NCBI GenBank assembly: GCA_919902765.1
Contig: CAKKRP010000043.1
Coordinates: 22,053 to 86,052 of the forward strand
From: Gammaproteobacteria bacterium
GTDB lineage: Bacteria; Pseudomonadota; Gammaproteobacteria; S012-40
Length of the DNA stretch: 64,000 bases
Reading direction: 5' to 3'
This document shows, piece by piece, positions 61,964-64,000 of the stretch (within the stretch, counting starts at the first letter, position 1; the number at the start of each line of letters is the position of its first letter). A model generated the notes under the pieces. It saw only the letters and a program-made list of their open reading frames with translations, made no database searches and had not been told where the DNA came from. Position numbers and translations under genes: made by a program.

Positions 61964-62510
61964 GTTCTTTTACCGCGTAAATTCCTGCAATATTGCGTAA
62001 ATAACCCTTGTAGTCCATTCCATAACCGAAAACATAGCGATCCGGCACCATCAATCCGTTAAAATCGGCGTTTTGCAGCGTGTCGCGCGTACGATCTTTG
62101 GTGACCAGCACGGCGGTATAAATCGCGCCGGCGTGTGCGCGTTGGCAGTCTTCTACGATGGCCGCCAAGGTGCGACCTTCGTCTAAAATATCATCCACCA
62201 ACAACACCACGCGATCACGCAGCGCTTGGCGCGGTCGCGCGATCCATTGTAATTCACCGCCGCTCGTCGCCTTGCCATAACGCGTGGCGTGGAGATAATC
62301 TATTTCCAACGGAAAATTCAAACGCAACAATAATTGCGCCGCAGGTATCAGCGCACCGGTCATTACGCATAGCACTAAGGGATTTTTATCGCCGATTTTG
62401 GCGGTAATTTCCTGCGCCATTCGATCGAGGGCCGCCTCGATTTGCGGTGCGGTGTGTAGACAATCCGCCTGGCGATAAACTCGCCAAGCCTCTTCAGGTG
62501 TGGTTGACAT
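61956..62510 (-). CDS. hpt: Hypoxanthine(-guanine) phosphoribosyltransferase
   Basis: PRPP-binding motif VLLVDDILDEGRTLAAI; 184 aa; overlaps mtnP by 8 nt. Confidence 0.85.
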   Translation of the reverse strand: MSTTPEEAWRVYRQADCLHTAPQIEAALDRMAQEITAKIGDKNPLVLCVMTGALIPAAQLLLRLNFPLEIDYLHATRYGKATSGGELQWIARPRQALRDRVVLLVDDILDEGRTLAAIVEDCQRAHAGAIYTAVLVTKDRTRDTLQNADFNGLMVPDRYVFGYGMDYKGYLRNIAGIYAVKEHG

Positions 62511-62521
62511 GTGAACGCTGT

Positions 62522-62911
62522 TTAATAGGTGAAGGTTACGGTGTCGTCGTCCATGGCTTCGCTAATCACATAAGCACCGCCGACGGTCTCATCGATTTCG
62601 GGTATCAAATCATCGCCCCACAAGTCCAATGTAGGAGTGCATACTTTAAATTTTACACCCGCACTGTGCGCATCTTGCATAAAATCATAAACGCTTTTCG
62701 GACTGCCTTTTTGGATATAGATTTTTTCCGCTACGCCTTTTTTGGCGAGCTCTCCTGCACGTCCCGTCAGGACGATTTCGACATCGAATTCCATCGCCGC
62801 CGCGACCGTCGCTTGAAAAAACGGCGCGCCCAATTCCGAGGGGTTGGAAGGATCCGTATTGACCATTATTATCAATAACTTATTCGCCATAATTGACTCC
62901 AGTTCGAGCAC
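62522..62911 (-). CDS. DsrE/DsrF-like family protein (cytoplasmic)
   Basis: 129 aa, MANKLLIIMVNTDPSNPSELGAPFFQATVAAAMEFDVEIVLTGRAGELAKKG… matches the DsrE/DsrF-like fold family. Confidence 0.5.
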   Translation of the reverse strand: MLELESIMANKLLIIMVNTDPSNPSELGAPFFQATVAAAMEFDVEIVLTGRAGELAKKGVAEKIYIQKGSPKSVYDFMQDAHSAGVKFKVCTPTLDLWGDDLIPEIDETVGGAYVISEAMDDDTVTFTY

Positions 62912-62980
62912 CTTCCCGCAGTCCCTTGCGGCCAGGCATTATAACGTAATTCGAGTCCGGCACGCGCCACGCAAGTGTCT

Positions 62981-63997
62981 TTAAGTTGCCGCTGTTTTTA
63001 CTGCCGGACTAAGTTCATTCGCCAAGGCCACCGCTTGTTGCCAACGCGCCGTTTTGGTTAAGACATCGCTGGAGGAGGCCTTGCGTCCATGCATACGCGC
63101 GTAGCGTAATTGCGCGGCAGGATTGCTAAACGGACCGAGTTGCTCCAGCACTTCCAAGGCACCGGCGCGATTATTACAGACCAGCGCCATATCGCAACCG
63201 GCCGCTAAGGCGAGTTTGGCGCGATCGGTAAAGCTGCCTGCAACATGTGCGGCGGCCATATTCAAGTCGTCGCTGAATATCACGCCTTGGAACCCCAAGC
63301 GCTTACGCAAAATTTGATTGATCCAGATTTCTGAAAACCCGGCCGGTTGTGCATCGACTTGTTTGTAAATGACATGCGCCGGCATGATGGCGTCCAAGCC
63401 GTAATGGATCATACGTTGAAACGGGATGATATCGTCGAAAAAAATATCTTCATAGCGTCGGTTGTCCACCGGGATCGCGATGTGCGAATCTTCCACCACA
63501 TTGCCGTGCCCGGGAAAATGTTTTCCCACCGCCGCCATGCCTGCGTTATGCATGCCTATCATATAGGCGTGCGCGAGGTCCGCCACTACGTCGGGTTCGG
63601 GGCTGAATCCGCGATCACCGATCACGTCGCTGACGCCGCGATCTAAATCCAATACCGGCGCGAAACTAAAATCGACGCCGGTGGCGCGCAATTCCGCAGC
63701 CATCAGCCAGCCTAATTGCTCGGCCGCGCGCTTACCGTCGGCGGACGATTTGCTAAATAATTTTCCGATGGCGCCTGCGGCGGGCAGCCGCGTAAACCCG
63801 TCGTGAAAACGTTGCACACGCCCGCCTTCATGATCGACCGCGATTAATAATTCAGGATGCCGGATTTGGTGGATCGCCGTCGTGAGGGCCGCCAATTGTT
63901 CCGGCGACTGGTAATTGCGCGTGAACAATATCACCCCGCCGACTAAAGGGTGACGCAGAATCTCGCGATCTTCGGCGGTGAGCTGCAAACCGGCCAC
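62981..63997 (-). CDS. nagZ: Beta-N-acetylhexosaminidase NagZ (GH3)
   Basis: …EDREILRHPLVGGVILFTRNYQSPEQL…IAVDHEGGRVQRF…; KHFPGHG… GH3 motifs; 338 aa. Confidence 0.85.
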   Translation of the reverse strand: MAGLQLTAEDREILRHPLVGGVILFTRNYQSPEQLAALTTAIHQIRHPELLIAVDHEGGRVQRFHDGFTRLPAAGAIGKLFSKSSADGKRAAEQLGWLMAAELRATGVDFSFAPVLDLDRGVSDVIGDRGFSPEPDVVADLAHAYMIGMHNAGMAAVGKHFPGHGNVVEDSHIAIPVDNRRYEDIFFDDIIPFQRMIHYGLDAIMPAHVIYKQVDAQPAGFSEIWINQILRKRLGFQGVIFSDDLNMAAAHVAGSFTDRAKLALAAGCDMALVCNNRAGALEVLEQLGPFSNPAAQLRYARMHGRKASSSDVLTKTARWQQAVALANELSPAVKTAAT

Positions 63998-64000
63998 ATC

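Overview
This 64-kb window looks like a gammaproteobacterial chromosome segment (judged from hflC'–DUF2065–hisZ–purA synteny and mfd/def), with housekeeping genes interleaved with three accessory regions. The features and findings below give coordinates and evidence; the main contents are as follows.

**Housekeeping genes.** The window opens with the 3' end of hflC, followed by a DUF2065 gene, hisZ and purA. It then carries a YjgR-like DUF853 ATPase, a periplasmic DsrE-like protein, msrA, hrpB and a porin. A minus-strand fadE–fadI–fadJ beta-oxidation operon follows, then a Sel1-repeat protein, a five-gene Opp/Dpp-type ABC peptide transporter, mfd, def and a CsiV-like protein. The window ends with mtnP, hpt, a second DsrE-like protein and nagZ.

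**Accessory region 1, exopolysaccharide locus (about 17.3–27.2 kb).** It encodes a processive GT2 synthase with an N-terminal PilZ domain. Next to it are a CE4 deacetylase-like protein with substituted catalytic motifs, a 1391-aa fusion of TPR repeats, a CE4 deacetylase domain and an outer-membrane beta-barrel, a GH18-like hydrolase and a small membrane protein. An Hpt/REC-like protein lies upstream, together with a palindrome-rich regulatory region.

**Accessory region 2, secreted-protein operon (33.0–38.8 kb, minus strand).** It contains a lipoprotein, an 854-aa PEGA/carboxypeptidase-regulatory-like/TPR protein, a TolB-like PD40 protein and a 491-aa helical protein. Its promoter region shares near-palindromic GTCTCTAATTAGAGAC-type motifs with the exopolysaccharide locus promoter.

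**Accessory region 3, type I-C CRISPR-Cas system (44.3–60.6 kb, minus strand).** The operon is cas3-cas5-cas8c-cas7-[cas4 fragment–DUF433–DUF5615]-cas4-[73-aa ORF]-cas1-cas2, followed by a leader and a very large array of 98 repeats and 97 spacers. Four things stand out here.
- A putative toxin–antitoxin pair (DUF433/DUF5615) is embedded in the cas operon, flanked by a roughly 390-bp direct duplication of the cas4 5' region with a chimeric 5' end.
- An extra small ORF sits between cas4 and cas1.
- One spacer is itself a variant type I-C CRISPR repeat.
- A MITE-like element with terminal inverted repeats and a target-site duplication lies in the cas3 promoter region.

I saw no rRNA or tRNA genes. 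All calls are from reading the sequence and the ORF translations; no database searches were run.
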